NCBI GenBank assembly: GCA_012295275.1
Contig: CM022665.1
Coordinates: forward strand, 10,478,001-10,542,000
Reading direction: 5' to 3'
DNA from: Chrysomallon squamiferum
Lineage: Eukaryota > Animalia > Mollusca
DNA: 64,000 nucleotides
Shown here: positions 44,301 through 58,052 of the stretch, in pieces
How positions within the stretch are numbered: position 1 is the first letter of the stretch
How the letters are laid out: every line of letters starts with the position of its first letter
Made by a program: the position numbers and the translations under genes
The notes under the pieces: model-generated
Seen by the model: the letters and a program-made list of their open reading frames with translations, nothing else
What the model was told of the DNA's origin: nothing
The model's database searches: none

Positions 44301-45088
44301 AACTAACTTGAAAAGCTGTGGTTGGTTATCTGTATTAGGTGTTTTTATTGATTGCAAAGCCTTTGCCTACAGATTCTAGCAGAGATATATATATGACATA
44401 TATTTATGTTTTAGATTAGATTTTGAATAGACAAACATATTGATACAAAACACGTCAAATTTAACTAATCTAAAAGGCTGCAGTTGGTTATCTGTTTTTC
44501 TGTTAATAATAAATATCTGCTGCCTGTTGGGTTCAGTTATTAGTATTGAAAATGACCACCTGGAATCTGAAAAGAACACAAATTTGCTGGCCATGACAGA
44601 AATGAATATATTTGTGCCATTTAAAATACCATCCCTAAATGTTACGTCCTGCGTCCTTAGATCAATTTTTACTCATTGTAAAGCCTATGTCTGCAAATTC
44701 TGCTATCTGGTAGGGATATATATGACATTACATATTAACGTTTTAGATCTGGTTTTGAATAGACAGAGATAATTATACAAAACACTATTTCAAATAGGAA
44801 CAGTTCTACTTAACTAAGCTGAAAGGCTATGGTTGGTTATCTCTATTAGATGCTTTTATTGGTTTTATTTATTTACTTATTTTTTTTTATTTATTATTAT
44901 TTATTATTATTTTTTTTTTTTTTTTTTTGAAAGTCTTTGCCTACAGATTCTAGTTGGGATATATATATATATATATATTTATTTATTTTAGATTTGATTT
45001 TGAGTAGACAGACATAGCGATACAAAATACATTTCAGATAGGAACAAATCAACTTAACTAACCTGAATGGCTGTGGTTGGTTATCTGT
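41320..45088. repeat. Tandem satellite array, ~172-190 bp monomer with ~330 bp variant units
   Basis: About 19 recurrences of the anchor GATTTTGAGTAGACAGACA...AAATAGGAACAAATCTACTTAACTAACCTGAAAGGCTGTGGTTGGTTATCTC. Near-identical 172-175 bp copies at 43561-44250 also appear as repeated identical ORFs in the track. Confidence 0.95.
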
Positions 45089-45940
45089 AGTGAATATATT
45101 TGATACTGTAAATGTAAGAAAGGTGATCTGTATTTCACAGTTTATTGTTCAATATTGATCAACACTGCAGACGTTTAAAACAATAAATGGTCGAAAGGGA
45201 ACAAGAATAATAAATAATGAAACAGATAAATGATAAAGCATTAAACAACAGAACAAATATATATGAGAAATGAAATAAATGTTATTTTTCGGTAATTATT
45301 ACGCGGATTAATATACAATAAACATCGTATTTCTTACATAAATTACGCATATTTATGATTATGCATATCATAATTTTTTTTTTTTTTTTTTTTTCTGAAG
45401 TTCAGAAACATGTGCTTTGTCTTATTTAAAAAAAAAAATGTCAATACACTTAATATGGAAGTTTTATGTTTATTTAAACTGGTAATTATTTGGTTGAAAG
45501 ACCTGACGAGTGATAAACCTGTTCGCTGGATTTATCGTTCTTGGATTTCACAGTGGCTGGAATTGTTCGCTGCTTTTATTTCAGTTACATTTGTTGTCCC
45601 TATAATGAATGGAGTCTTCGAATAGATAGAAGAAGTAAAAAAAAAAATAATAAAAAAATATTGTTCTCTTTTTCATCTTTTCGTACGTTCAACGAGATGA
45701 CTTATAGTGGGAATTACTTATCACAAAGCTGAATATACGAGAAAGGTACTGCGCCTCCGGGTATGAAAAAGTGAAAAACGTACAGACTGAAAGAGGCTAA
45801 ACCGTAAACGTTAAAATAGACTCCCCGAGTCTGTCATTAATTCATGAATAATTGAAAAGTATAACAGTTATGTGGGCTAATTAAAATCTCAGAACAAATA
45901 TTTTAATAGTTATTATTTATCAGAAAGTTAATAAATAATA

Positions 45941-48525
45941 ATGGCACAGAACAATCTACAGGAAGAATCTTCATCAAGATCAGATTCTGAACCTACGACA
46001 TTTTCAGAAAAAATTGTTAAATGGCTTGGGAAAATTCAAAATTATTTTGTAGACATTGCCTTGTTTTGTTTCTTTTTGGCTCGTCATATGTCATTGCCTC
46101 TGTTTCAAGAGTATGTTCAAGTACAGATTCACAAGCAACGCAGCTTAAACTTGGAAGATCTGGGTAAACCTGGAAACAGAAGTAAAATCTGGCATGATGC
46201 ACAACATGAAAGTGCTGTTGTAGTCATAGGTCTTCAAATAGCAGAAGGGTTGCCTGCAATTATTACTGTGATAATACTTGGTGCACTCAGTGACAGGACT
46301 GGAAGACGCAAAATCCTTCTCTGGTTACCTTCATTAGGAAGTGTGGCATATTCTTTAATTTATATTTTAATCTTGTACACTGGATGGAATATCGATGGCT
46401 TATTTATGGCATCAGCTATGCGAGGTATTAGTGGCAGCATGACAGCTTTTCTTGCAGGTGCCACATACTATGCAATAAACATGGTAAAGCCACACCAGCG
46501 AGCTTCGAGGTTAGCCATTCAAGAAATGTTAAATGGTGGTGCCTTTGCTCTTGGTAATATTATGGTTGGATTTTGGGTGAAAACAAGCGGATTTGTGCAG
46601 CCATTCTGGTTTACACTGATTTGTGGTTTAATATCATTTCTGATTTGTTTCTTTCTTGTTGAAGAGATCAAAATTAACGTTTCAGACAGACCAACATATT
46701 CAAATACTGGTAATTTTTTTAAAGACACTTTTTCTCCACTTGCAAAATTCTTCAAATGCTGTTCAAATCGTGGACTGTTAAAAATATGGCTTGCTGTTCT
46801 GTCATTTCAAACGTATTCATTTGTTCACATAGGACAAGAAAACACACTGGTCCTTTATTTAAGCAGTCAGTCTTATTTATATTCCTGGAATAGCTCTGTA
46901 ACTGGACCAGGTCCATATGCCAAAATTGGTGTGTTTTTGGCTATTATAATGCTTGTTGCTGCTATAGCTGTTGCCTTGACTCCACCTTTGTTGAGACGCT
47001 TTTTCACAGAGAGCAGCATAGCCTTTGTTGGATACCTGTCCAAAGCATTGGGAACATTGTGGATTGCTGTTGTGCAAGATGAAACTATATTATATTTTGG
47101 TAAGTGTATTCCACATCTGTAATTTATATATTGAGATTTAATATTAACATAACTTAATGTCTTGGTCATAAAATAGGGATAGTAATTAGTAAAATGATTT
47201 AGAATGCAAACAATACTTGTAGTGCCTTATTCAGTATTCAGATGCAGTTTAGAAATGTGTTATTCATTGCTTAATAATATTGAACTGTATTTTACATTTA
47301 GTCTATATCAGATAATGATTAAAATCTGATTTTATATTTTTTATTATGATTTTTAATCATTATTTTAGATAATGATAGAAAACCAAAAAGTAATTGCATT
47401 GACACATCATAGAATAGGAGCAGAATTAATATACATAGTAAGATGTACATTATATATCCCTTTAAATACTTAAACTTTTTCTTTAAAAATTATATTGACT
47501 TATTTATTTCTAGCTATACTGTTACTGGCATTTGAATTGCTACCATTTCCAATGATGAGATCTGTGGTGTCTAGAGGTGTACCTCAATCGCAACAAGGTG
47601 CTTTAAGTATTCTGAAATTATACTTCCTACTACTACTACTAATAATAATGTGCTTGATTTTAAACAAAATCAATGTTTACTGAAGTTTATTGTATTTTTA
47701 TTTATTTATTTATTTATTTTTTTTTTTTTTTTTTTTATGTCTTGCTTTATTCACTTAGGTGATTTTACTGTGATTAAAATTCTCTAGTATTTATCTGCTT
47801 ACGGAATTATGATTACTTTTCTTCTTTTCAGGGTCATTATTTGCCTTGATGCACTGTGGAGAAAGTATCATCTATTTTTTGGCACCATTTTCTTTCACTG
47901 CAATATATGCATCATCTCTACATTACTACAGTGGCTTTGTGTTCATTATCTCAATTCTTCTCCTCCTAATACCAGTAACTCTGACTATGTGAGTATCACT
48001 GACTTCAGCAAAACAAACACAAAAATATAATCTGTTTACCAGCAAAGTTGTTTATTGAAAAAAGAAAATGTGTTTATTTATATCTAGTACATAATTTTAT
48101 CTGTCTGTAGATCATGATGAACCAGTTACATAATATAGTGAATTTTTGTCTTCTTCTCTATCACAAAAAAATATTTTATTGCTAAATGGGAGAAAAAAAC
48201 CACAAAGGTTTAAAAATCCACAGCTGTTTCTCTCCTGTTTTATCATTATGTAGCACAGTATATGTAATAATTAACATTTCGTGACACTAACAGTTTATGT
48301 TATATTTATAATGTTCTGTGGTATTGTTAGACAATGTTTCTTCTTGTTTTCAGAATTCTAAAATGTATGGAGCGAAAGTTACCTGATGGTTACGAGATAA
48401 TGGAATCAGAAGTAGATGTACAGCAGCAGCCAAATGAAGACCAACCCACTGATCAATCGGAAACAGTTGCTTTAGCTGATGAACCAATCAGCTTTATAGA
48501 ATTAAGTCATAATGTTCAGCTGTAA
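45941..48525 (+). CDS. SLC46 family MFS transporter (PCFT/SLC46A3-like), 4 coding exons, ~523 aa
   Basis: Exons 45941-47099, 47514-47597, 47832-47988, 48354-48525; GT-AG, in frame (1572 nt). Contains MFS motif A (ILGALSDRTGRRKILLWLP), many hydrophobic helices, an N-glycan sequon NRS in the first loop, the SLC46-type PMMRSVVSRGVPQSQQGSLFAL segment and a C-terminal GYEIM motif. Confidence 0.88.
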
Positions 48526-48624
48526 ATTTATTTTTGTGAAAGATTAAAATATTCCGTTTTGGGGAATATTTATATGATTTATTAAAATATAAATTTGAAA
48601 ATAGACTGTTACAAAAAACCCAAA

Positions 48625-48664
<40 letters not shown>

Positions 48665-50515
48665 AAAATATGTGAAGGTAATTTTTATGCTTATGGCTAA
48701 ATACTTGTTAGATAAATAGTAAGTTAGAATAGTATTTGGGGAATTGCTATAAGTAAGATGAGTTTTACTTCATATAGACATAGTGTTTCAAATGAGATTG
48801 ATAAAAATATTTTTATTTGTGTGTTGTAATAGTCATCGTTATTTACTGGAGTCAATAACATCACCTAGTCACCAGTGATATATTAAGATTTGTTGTTTAG
48901 ATTTATGACAGTGTTTTTATTAATATATACATTCAATTATATATATATAGTCTTTACAAATGTACATGTAGGTGGAAATGAAGGTTAAACCATTTAAATG
49001 CACATGTTGATGTACACAGTTTTCTACTTTTTAGTCATAATATTATTGTGATGTTAATTTTTAACTATAGAATGCAGTGCATAATGTTTCTACATTATAA
49101 ACTTTAGTAGAAATATACATGAAATATATAATTTATATTTTGTTAACCATTTGATCTGGTAAATTTTGCAGCAGATTGTTGTGCAATAACGTAGCTGGTT
49201 GTGTTATTTTATTTAAAACTTTATCATTCCAATACTTAAAACAAAAACAAACACACAAAAAGTTGTTTATATTGCCTTTTAAAATTTGTACTGTCCTTAA
49301 AAAAAACAAAAAAAACAACAACTTAAAAACAAAATGATTAATTAATTAAAACTGTTTTAGATTTCTTTAATTTAAATTATTTAAACTTTTTAAACTTTTA
49401 TTTATTTATTTATTTTTTTAAATATTATTATCATTACTGGTGTTATTATTGTTATTATTACTTACTTAAAGGGAATTTATTGTGTTTATGATACTAAATG
49501 ATGATTATATATACCAACAGCCAAATATACTGTTTTTCTAAATTGCTGGTTCTTCTCTTTTTATTAATAATAACATCATGCATTGTTTCAGTAAAGATCT
49601 GTCCTGCCACAAATAAAACAATTACTTAAAAGTAGGTTGTATGTACCTCAAACAGTATTCTTATATTAGTAGAAATAATTATATTTATGTGAAAGTGTTT
49701 TACAACTGCCCTTTAATTACACTATCTTGTGATCTTTTGTATTGGTTTGATGTGCACATATATAAATGTATTTATTACACAGAATATTAACAGTATTACT
49801 TCTTGTGAAGGACTAAGTTTCATTTGTTATAAAATGTGGTCCTGAAGTTTAAAAATAATTTTACCTTCTTATTTGCAGATAAAATTGTATGCAGGTTTGT
49901 TTTAAAAAATATATATATTAAAAAAAAAACAAAAAAAAATGTACCTGTTTTTTTATTTCACAGTGGCATAGGAAACTTAAAAAAAATGCTCAAATGAGAT
50001 TAAAAAGTATGATGCATTTATGAAGCATATTTAATATTTAATGAATGAAACAAAATTAAATTGTTTTAAATATATGTTACAAAAATTGTTATAAACTGTT
50101 CAATGGATTGTATTTGTGTCTGAGCTTATAATTTTTTATTCAGATGACATCTGGGTGCATTACTTTATATATTGAATTTGTTAAATTTCTTTCAAAAAAA
50201 AAAGAAATAGAAAGTCTAACAAACCTTTTAACAAGGTTCAGTTTTCAACTTTCTTTCCTTTGCGATATCTTATAATCTTAAGTTTTTAATTTGAATTTTT
50301 TTTTTTTTTTTTTTTTTGTATAGGTTTTATTCACCTAATTTTTCAGTGTAATAAGGTTCACTTTTCTGCTGTCATTCTTTTCTGATATATCATAAATCAT
50401 CTGTCAACTGATAACCACCTTATTTTGAATCCGAGTTGTGTTTTTTGACGTCTGATTAACCTGATTTTTCAGTATATGCATTTTGTTTTTCCATTTATTA
50501 GATCTGTTTACAATG

Positions 50516-50561
<46 letters not shown>

Positions 50562-53500
50562 TTACTATATTTGTTTAAAATCTCACAAATTTTCCTCAAG
50601 TTTTTACATTTTGCATCCAAGATTGTGGGTGAATATTATTTTTTCTTTGCTTCATAAATTTGGTTTTTTCAACATGGGTTTATGTATGAACGTTGTGTGT
50701 GTTTGAGAGAGAGAAAGAGAGCAAATGAGAGAGCAGTTTTTTAATGTTTAGTGCCATACTCATGTATTTAGTTGAACCTGTTATATGTGTATTATACATG
50801 TATCTAATATATAGTGGTTTTCTGTGTTAATAGCATAATTTAAATTTTTGCCTACTTTTGAAAAAGCAAGAAATTATATTGGACTTTTTATAACTTTACT
50901 AAAAATGGATTCTAGTATTTATTTGACAATCATGTGATGTGATATTTATATGTATATGTATGTATATATATATATACACATTAATATGTATTTTATATTT
51001 CTATTATGTGACAGATAAATCGTTAATGAGGCTTTGTGGTCAAATATAATTCATTTTTATTTTAAAAAAATACACAAAAAACTTATTTATAATTATGGTA
51101 CTTTTGGGGGAGATTCTTTTTTTTATATTTGGTTTTTGTTAAATGTTTTTAAGAAAAAAAATCGTCAAGTGTAGTCTTTGAAAAAAAAGAAGAAATATTT
51201 ATATATATACCCTCCAAAATATATAGAAATCAAAACATTTGTGGTTTTTTTGGTAGTTTTGATACTAATTGTTGTTTTACTAATAGTACTACATATTATT
51301 TTCATTAATTTTTGTTATGTGTGTAGTAAATAATAACAGTGAAACCATAAATTAAGATTGCAAATTCAGTTACTACATTTATTAGCAACAGATTTATTGT
51401 TTGTTACTAGTTTTGTATACTTCATTTTTATTACTTTTATTTTATTTATTTATTTATTTACTTTATTTTAATGTTTGTCTTTACTGCATTCCACCTTGTT
51501 TTATTAATTTTGTATTATTTGTATTCTTTGAATAAACTACACACATTGTTTTTGGAAAGGTAAATGTTTGTCATGCATAAATCTTATATAATAATTAAAA
51601 ATATAATTATCTTAAAATAAAAAATTTAAAAGAATTTGTGTTTGTATTTATGCTATTATTTTATGGAAATGTTATGGCACAAACACCAAAATTCATTTTA
51701 TGAAAGGTGTTTTGAAGTACACAAAATGCACTGAGGCATTTTATTCATACTGTAATCATAGATGTGTATATAATGTAGTTATCAGACCTAACAAACACCG
51801 TGAAAATTGTTATATTTCTTTTTATACAGACTTCTGTCCTGTTCAAGTTGTTCCTGAACATTTAATACTTTCAGTACAAAACCATTTATCTGGTTTCAAC
51901 AAGTCTGGAAAATTCAGAAAGCTGGCTACTTCCAAATTTGGCATGCTCATTGTTTCAGTGAATCCCATTCAAAAGAATTATTCAGTGTGTAGCATATCCT
52001 CTCACAGAAAGTTACTATTTATTTCAAATTATTATCATTTTCATCTATTACCATATCTAAAAGATTTAGCAGAAATGCAGTTTGCTGATCACTTGAAAGC
52101 ACACTGTATACAGGTATTTTAAAAAAGATCAAACAGACCATGCTTTAAAAGTGTTTTAAACAGTTTATTTTTTTTTTATCGCTTATTTTATATTTGATAT
52201 TTATTTTTAGCCTTGCTTGTTGGATAAATGCTTCAGTATCTCTATTTCACATAAGTGGGTTCAAAAGCTCTGAAGTATGATTTATTTCAGTATGAGATGA
52301 CAAATGTGTAATAACTGTCACCTTCTGACAGAACTTGTTTTATTACAATCATACAACCAGATCTTTATTTGATCCAGACACTGCACATTTACTAACATTA
52401 ATTAAACATGGGGACAAAAACTATTTTTCTTTTTAAAAATCAGAAAATAAATGTAATTATTAAAGTCGGATTTTAAAAGGTGATATTTCTTACTCTGTGA
52501 GACCAGATTAGCAAAAAGGAAAGAAAAAACAAACTTCAGACATTTTAATGTATGGCCTTTAATGAGGTAAATGCATTTTGGAACATTTCCTGCACCTTGA
52601 CACAAGAACACAAAAAATACTGAGACATAAAACAAAACACAGTTGTAAAACAGAATAATTTGATTAAAATAGATGTATAAATACAAAAAAAAACTTATAC
52701 ATTTCAAGAAGGATTAAACTACACTTTAAAATTGATTAGTTTGCCATGTCACAAATATGAAGAGTGTGAAAAACTTGAAGCTCGTTGTGATTTGGCCTGT
52801 GTCTTATGTGGCTATTAAAATTCAGTCACTATAATCTACATTTATATTGTTTTTATAAAATAAAAATGCATATCCTGAATATCATTTTTAATTTATATAT
52901 TTTTTTAATGTACACAAGTTCCAACAACCCATCTTTAATAAGGTAATTTATTTGTTACCAAACTGAGCATACATTCGAATGTAACATTTCAAATGAAGAA
53001 TTTCACCTGAACTTCAAAACATGAAAAATACTTTGTGAGCACCTCCTGATGTTTAATGTGTATCAGTGCAGCAGACTTCAGAAATTCATACATTTATTTA
53101 TAATATAACTGAATATCAGGGATATTATAAAAGTTATCCAAAAAAACAAAAGTGATAAAAATAACACAATAACTCGTAATGCAGGCATTCATAAAACACA
53201 TTAAAAAATATATAATGTACAAAACAATGGCTTTTAAAAATAGACTCACTGACACGTTTACAACATATTATGACAATTAGATACAAGAATTTAAAGATTC
53301 TTGTTAAAATCTTGAACGTGCTCAGCACTGTACAAACCTACATATATACATATATATGTATATGTATATATATATATTATTTTTTTTTAAATTCATTTTT
53401 GCTTCGTCTCCCTTACCATTACCGCTGGAGAAAGATAATCAAATTTCTTTTGTAAAAATATCAAATGTTTGGTATGTTAAAATTATGTAAATGTACCCCC

Positions 53501-53803
53501 ATTTCCTGAATATTCTAAAATACAATTACAAAATAATCTTTTATCATTTTAATGAGTGATGTTATGATTAATATTTTACCCAAAATATCTTACACAGAAC
53601 AAGCAGTGATAATATAGCCTTCCAGTTCTTTACATTCTGTTTCTGTGAAAAGTGATTTTGAAAAAAAATTGTCCTTTAAATGCTATGGGCACATAATAAA
53701 ATGATAGACTCCATTCCTATATTTTTTCTTGTCTTTTGTCCCTTAAAGATGTGATCAGAAAAGACACCATTTAAAGCATTGTTAATTAATACCTACACTT
53801 TAA

Positions 53804-54157
53804 CTACACTTGAGGTTCAGTCAATGCAAAGACTTCTGGTTTGTAATTTCCTTCTTGAGGATGGTTCTCATTCATATTGTTAATGTGTTCCTCCATCTCG
53901 TATTCCTTGTCAAATTTTGATCCATCTCTGATCAGACGTCTTCTAACAGGATCCCTGTAAGGATGGAGATCACGTACAAATGTTTCCCAGTTTACGTTGT
54001 CCACACCAATCTCTCTGATCTTTATAAGTTTATCTTCAATAAACATCACTGGATCATCTGGTCGTTCAAGCATTAAACTGCTGATGAGCGCTTCGAACAG
54101 TTGTGGAATTCTGTGGTCTGCCAGATACTTTTTTGATTCCTCGCGTTTGCCAGCCAT
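53804..54157 (-). CDS. Small (117 aa) protein consisting of an RIIa/Dpy-30-type dimerization-docking domain resembling the adenylate kinase 5 N-terminus
   Basis: Single coding exon starting at ATG 54157 (the ORF track starts at an upstream TTG). KKYLADHRIPQLFEALISSLMLERPDDPVMFIEDKLIKIREIGVDNVNWETFV resembles the recalled AK5 N-terminus (KEYLARREIPQLFESLLNGLMCSKPEDPVEYLESCLQKVKELGG..VKWDTFV). Strong acceptor at ~54249 and a candidate 5'UTR-exon donor (GTAAGC) at ~57943. Confidence 0.8.
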   Translation of the reverse strand: MAGKREESKKYLADHRIPQLFEALISSLMLERPDDPVMFIEDKLIKIREIGVDNVNWETFVRDLHPYRDPVRRRLIRDGSKFDKEYEMEEHINNMNENHPQEGNYKPEVFALTEPQV

Positions 54158-54531
54158 AGCCAAATAAAACTATACAGTTAATCAAGGACAGCTGATTGTG
54201 AATCTTTAATCAGTATCTGAATCTGGTCTTTCTTGCTTTTCGATTTAACTGAAAAAAAGAAAAAAGAAAGATAGACAATTTAGCATTTTTATAAATTTGA
54301 AAAAAAAGAGAGGAAAAAAGGATGGTATAGCATTTGAATAAATTATTTTTCTCAAAGATTTTGAACTGACTTCAAAATATATTTTTTACTGGGGACAAAA
54401 AAAAACAAGGGAAACAAAAATATAGAAAAAAGATTTATCATTTATATAAAATTCTAGTTCTCTGATTTGAACTGACTTCAAAATATATTTTTAACTCAGG
54501 ATGGCAAAAGTGAACTTTTAATTAAAAAAAA

Positions 54532-54572
<41 letters not shown>

Positions 54573-55314
54573 GAATAAAAATAAATAAATAAATAAATAA
54601 ATAACAATATTAAAATTTTGCATTTATATAGTCATTTCTCCATTTCCAAATGACTCCAAAATAAATTTTTGACACAGAAAAGCAAAAGCAAGCTATAAAA
54701 TTATTTCTGAGAAACATTAAAAAAAAAATTCTACAAACTGCATAAACTGAACTTTGCAGTGCAAGAAAATAGTGATATATTTGTAAAATGAATGTAGGTG
54801 AATCGATATATGTGCTGCACTGGCATGAAACAGTAACTTCTGTCTGCTGATCTATTAATATGTCTAAGTATTATAATAAATCTGATGAAGATACAATTGA
54901 ATCTTCTAAGTGCATTTTGAATATATCCAAGAAACTGCTTACAGTTTTTGTTAATAATAAAGAATGACAATAAAATAACAAGGTCAGCTGTTTTCCCTTC
55001 TTACATTTTTTTTTATGCCATTCCATATAAGAAATGCATAATTATAATAATAATCTAAATAGATCTAGCACCTCAACCAATGGTTTACATGTTTTTACTT
55101 GTTTGCTTTCATCTTTAAGTAGACTAAATCCAATACAAATTAGAAATTCATAATAATGTTACATAATAATTGACAAATATATCATTGTATTGAGTATGTA
55201 CAACAGGCCTTAAAATAAAATGTTTTTTCACATTAAAGATTGTTTAAAAAAAAAATGACATCAGTTCCAAACTCTTTGCACCATCTTTTTATGAATATGA
55301 AAAATAAATAAATA

Positions 55315-55386
<72 letters not shown>

Positions 55387-57371
55387 AAATAATAAATAAA
55401 AATAAGGAAAGAAAGCAAGAAAAAGAAACGTTTTGAAAGCAAATCAGAAAATCCATTTCAGTAAGGATTCACATGAGTAACAAAAGCAAAATACTTTGAG
55501 GTTTACAAACTTATTTTAATTAAAATTTCTATATAATTCTATTCTTTTAAATTTTATGTTTACAAAAGTTTAATTAATTGCTAATTTTCGCCATCTTGGA
55601 AAATGAATGTTTTAATATTAAGCCATTTTGGATTGCTGTTGTTGGTTGAATTAATTGTTTAGGTTTTTATTTATATAAATTTTTTTTCTACTCCATCATA
55701 TGTTTCTTTTTCTTTCTTTTTTTACCCTCTCCATCCCCCTTTTTTTCTTTTGTTTTTACCTCTTATCTCAATTACTGATTATAAATACATCATTACTGCT
55801 GCATTCAATCTTCTCTATAACTAACATTTTCTTTTATCTACAACAATGTCCAGACCTTCTAAAATTACTTAAAAGCATTTTCTTATTAACGAGCTTTTGT
55901 TCCATCTCTGTTTGCAGTTAATTATTTAGAGTCTAGTCGTTAGTGAGTAAGATTATCTAATTCTAACTTAATTATATTCAAGGAAACCATAATTAGGCAT
56001 AAGTAGATTCTAAACAGTTCCACTCAAAAATATAATTTGTGATAGAAGTCAATTTTTAGATTTTATTTTGTTGTATATTTGTTTATTCATTATTTTATTT
56101 TATTTATTTATTTATTTTTGTTATGGTGGGTAAGGTCCTATAATTAAAAATAAATAAATAAAAAAATATATTTATTTACTGTAACGGATATAACTTTTGC
56201 AATTAAAATGTCGATAATTACCCATGTGAATTTTTTTTTTTTTTTTTTTTTTTAAATAATAAATAAATAAGAAAAAGAAGAAAAAAGGAAAGGGAAAAGA
56301 AGTAAAGAAAAAGATAAAAAAAATCTACGCTATTTTGTAACTTAAATTTTTTTATTTTATTGTTATTAATTCTCTGTCCCTATATGTTGGATCTGCGCCA
56401 GTGAATTCCAACACAATAAATAAATAAATAAATAACGGTTATAAATATTTATTTTGATGAATTTACTTTTAAAAAAAATGTAAATTAAGCGCAGTTTTTT
56501 TTTTTTTTTTCTTTTGACGCATTTAATTAATTATCGTAAATACTCTCGTAATAAATTTTATATACCCTTTATATTACTGTATAATTAACACTAATTATAA
56601 AATAAATCATAATATGATCAATGACAAAAAAAAAAAAAAAAAAAAACGCTTTAAAATTATAAATGGGATTATAATAATTCCCTAACTCGTTTTCAAAGAG
56701 TGAAAGTCAATCAGGCTAAAATATACTTAAATTTTTTAAATTACTTAGGGCTACTTAAGCAATAATTATCAAACATTTGTTCACGACTGGTACAAGATAA
56801 GCCTAGCTAGTTACAGCTGCAATGGGAAAAGTTTAAGATAATGATTACCTGTTGTGGCTGACCGTAATATTTTGGCAGTTTCCTTGAAAACCAAAAAGAA
56901 AAAAAACTAACACCCCACCCCACCCCACCGAAAAGAAAAAAAAAACAAAAAATGTTCCAGATTCCAAACTAGTTTAACCTCGTTCATACTTTTTTGTTTA
57001 TTTATTTACTTATTTATTTATTTATTTATTTATTATCAAGTATTTTAATTTTAAAACATAGTAGCTAGAAAGTGAAAAAATGTATAATATTAATTATGAT
57101 CTACATCGCATCCGGTCTTTTTAATTAAATTATTCACTTTCGTTTATTTTACCCAACAAACGAATAACCAGCTGGAGTGGGGGGGGATATAGGTAACACA
57201 CCAGTGGGATGGAAGGTGAGTCGGTTTTCTGGACCAAGGCTTCATATAAACAGTGAATAGTAAAGAAACTGTAATGAACAAATACAAATTACTATCCTTC
57301 TAAACTATAAATGATGTAATTAATTAAGTACAATGTCAGCTATTTAAATTAATATTCGTAATTATGAAAAC

Positions 57372-57494
57372 GATTTTAAACTTTTCCCTTACCTATCAGT
57401 TATTGCAGCTACCCCAACCAAATGATAATCTTTTGCAGGCCGTACATTCATGCAGGTGCAGACAAACATGTACATTCGTACAACGACCAACAAC

Positions 57495-57540
<46 letters not shown>

Positions 57541-57780
57541 ATTTTGTTCATTTTCTCAATATACGTAGATATATATATATATCTCCAGAGATATAGTAAA
57601 TGGGTATTTCGTAATTGAAGTGTAAATAATAATTTGAGAAAATGTACAAACACAGCAAAAATCGTGAGAAAGAGAGAGAGTGAGACATTGTTGGTGGTGT
57701 ACGAATGTACAGCCTGCAAACGATTATCATTTGGTTGGGTAGCGACATTAATTGATAGGTAAGCAAAAAGTTTAAAATAT
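57372..57780. repeat. Long imperfect inverted repeat (foldback)
   Basis: The left arm (ATTTTAAACTTTT..CTTACCTATCA..CCCAACCAAATGATAATC..TTGCAGGC.GTACATTC..CCAACAA.GTCTC(TC)n..CATTTTCTCAA) is mirrored by TTGAGAAAATG..(AG)n..GAGACATTGTTGG..GAATGTACAGCCTGCAAACGATTATCATTTGGTTGGG..TGATAGGTAAG..AAAAGTTTAAAAT. Confidence 0.85.
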
Positions 57781-58038
57781 ACATATATATAATAATATAG
57801 TATAATAATAATATACATACACACAAACGAAGCTGGATACTTATATAAATTATTTAGATTTGTATTATATTTAATTACATGTATAACAAAGTATTTAATT
57901 AAATTTTGAAACACAGAAATACTCTTAAACAACAACTGCTTACCGTAAGTTACAAAATCATAAACAGGAAGACTCAGCCAACAAACAAATCATGTCACGA
58001 CTCTTAACTTGTACATTCCCGTTCAAACTTTTGACCCC

Positions 58039-58052
58039 GTTGCCTAGGTAAG
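58039..58052. promoter_or_regulatory. RFX X-box-like motif in the divergent promoter
   Basis: GTTGCCTAGGTAAG is a near match to GTNRCC-N(0-3)-RGYAAC. It lies ~100 bp upstream of the putative 5'UTR-exon donor of the minus-strand docking-domain gene. Two TTCCGG ETS-like sites lie at ~58275-58295. Confidence 0.5.

Noticed and set aside
51700-52122. 140-aa plus-strand ORF between convergent genes
   Set aside because: No recognisable domain or splice context; the composition is consistent with UTR/intergenic DNA.
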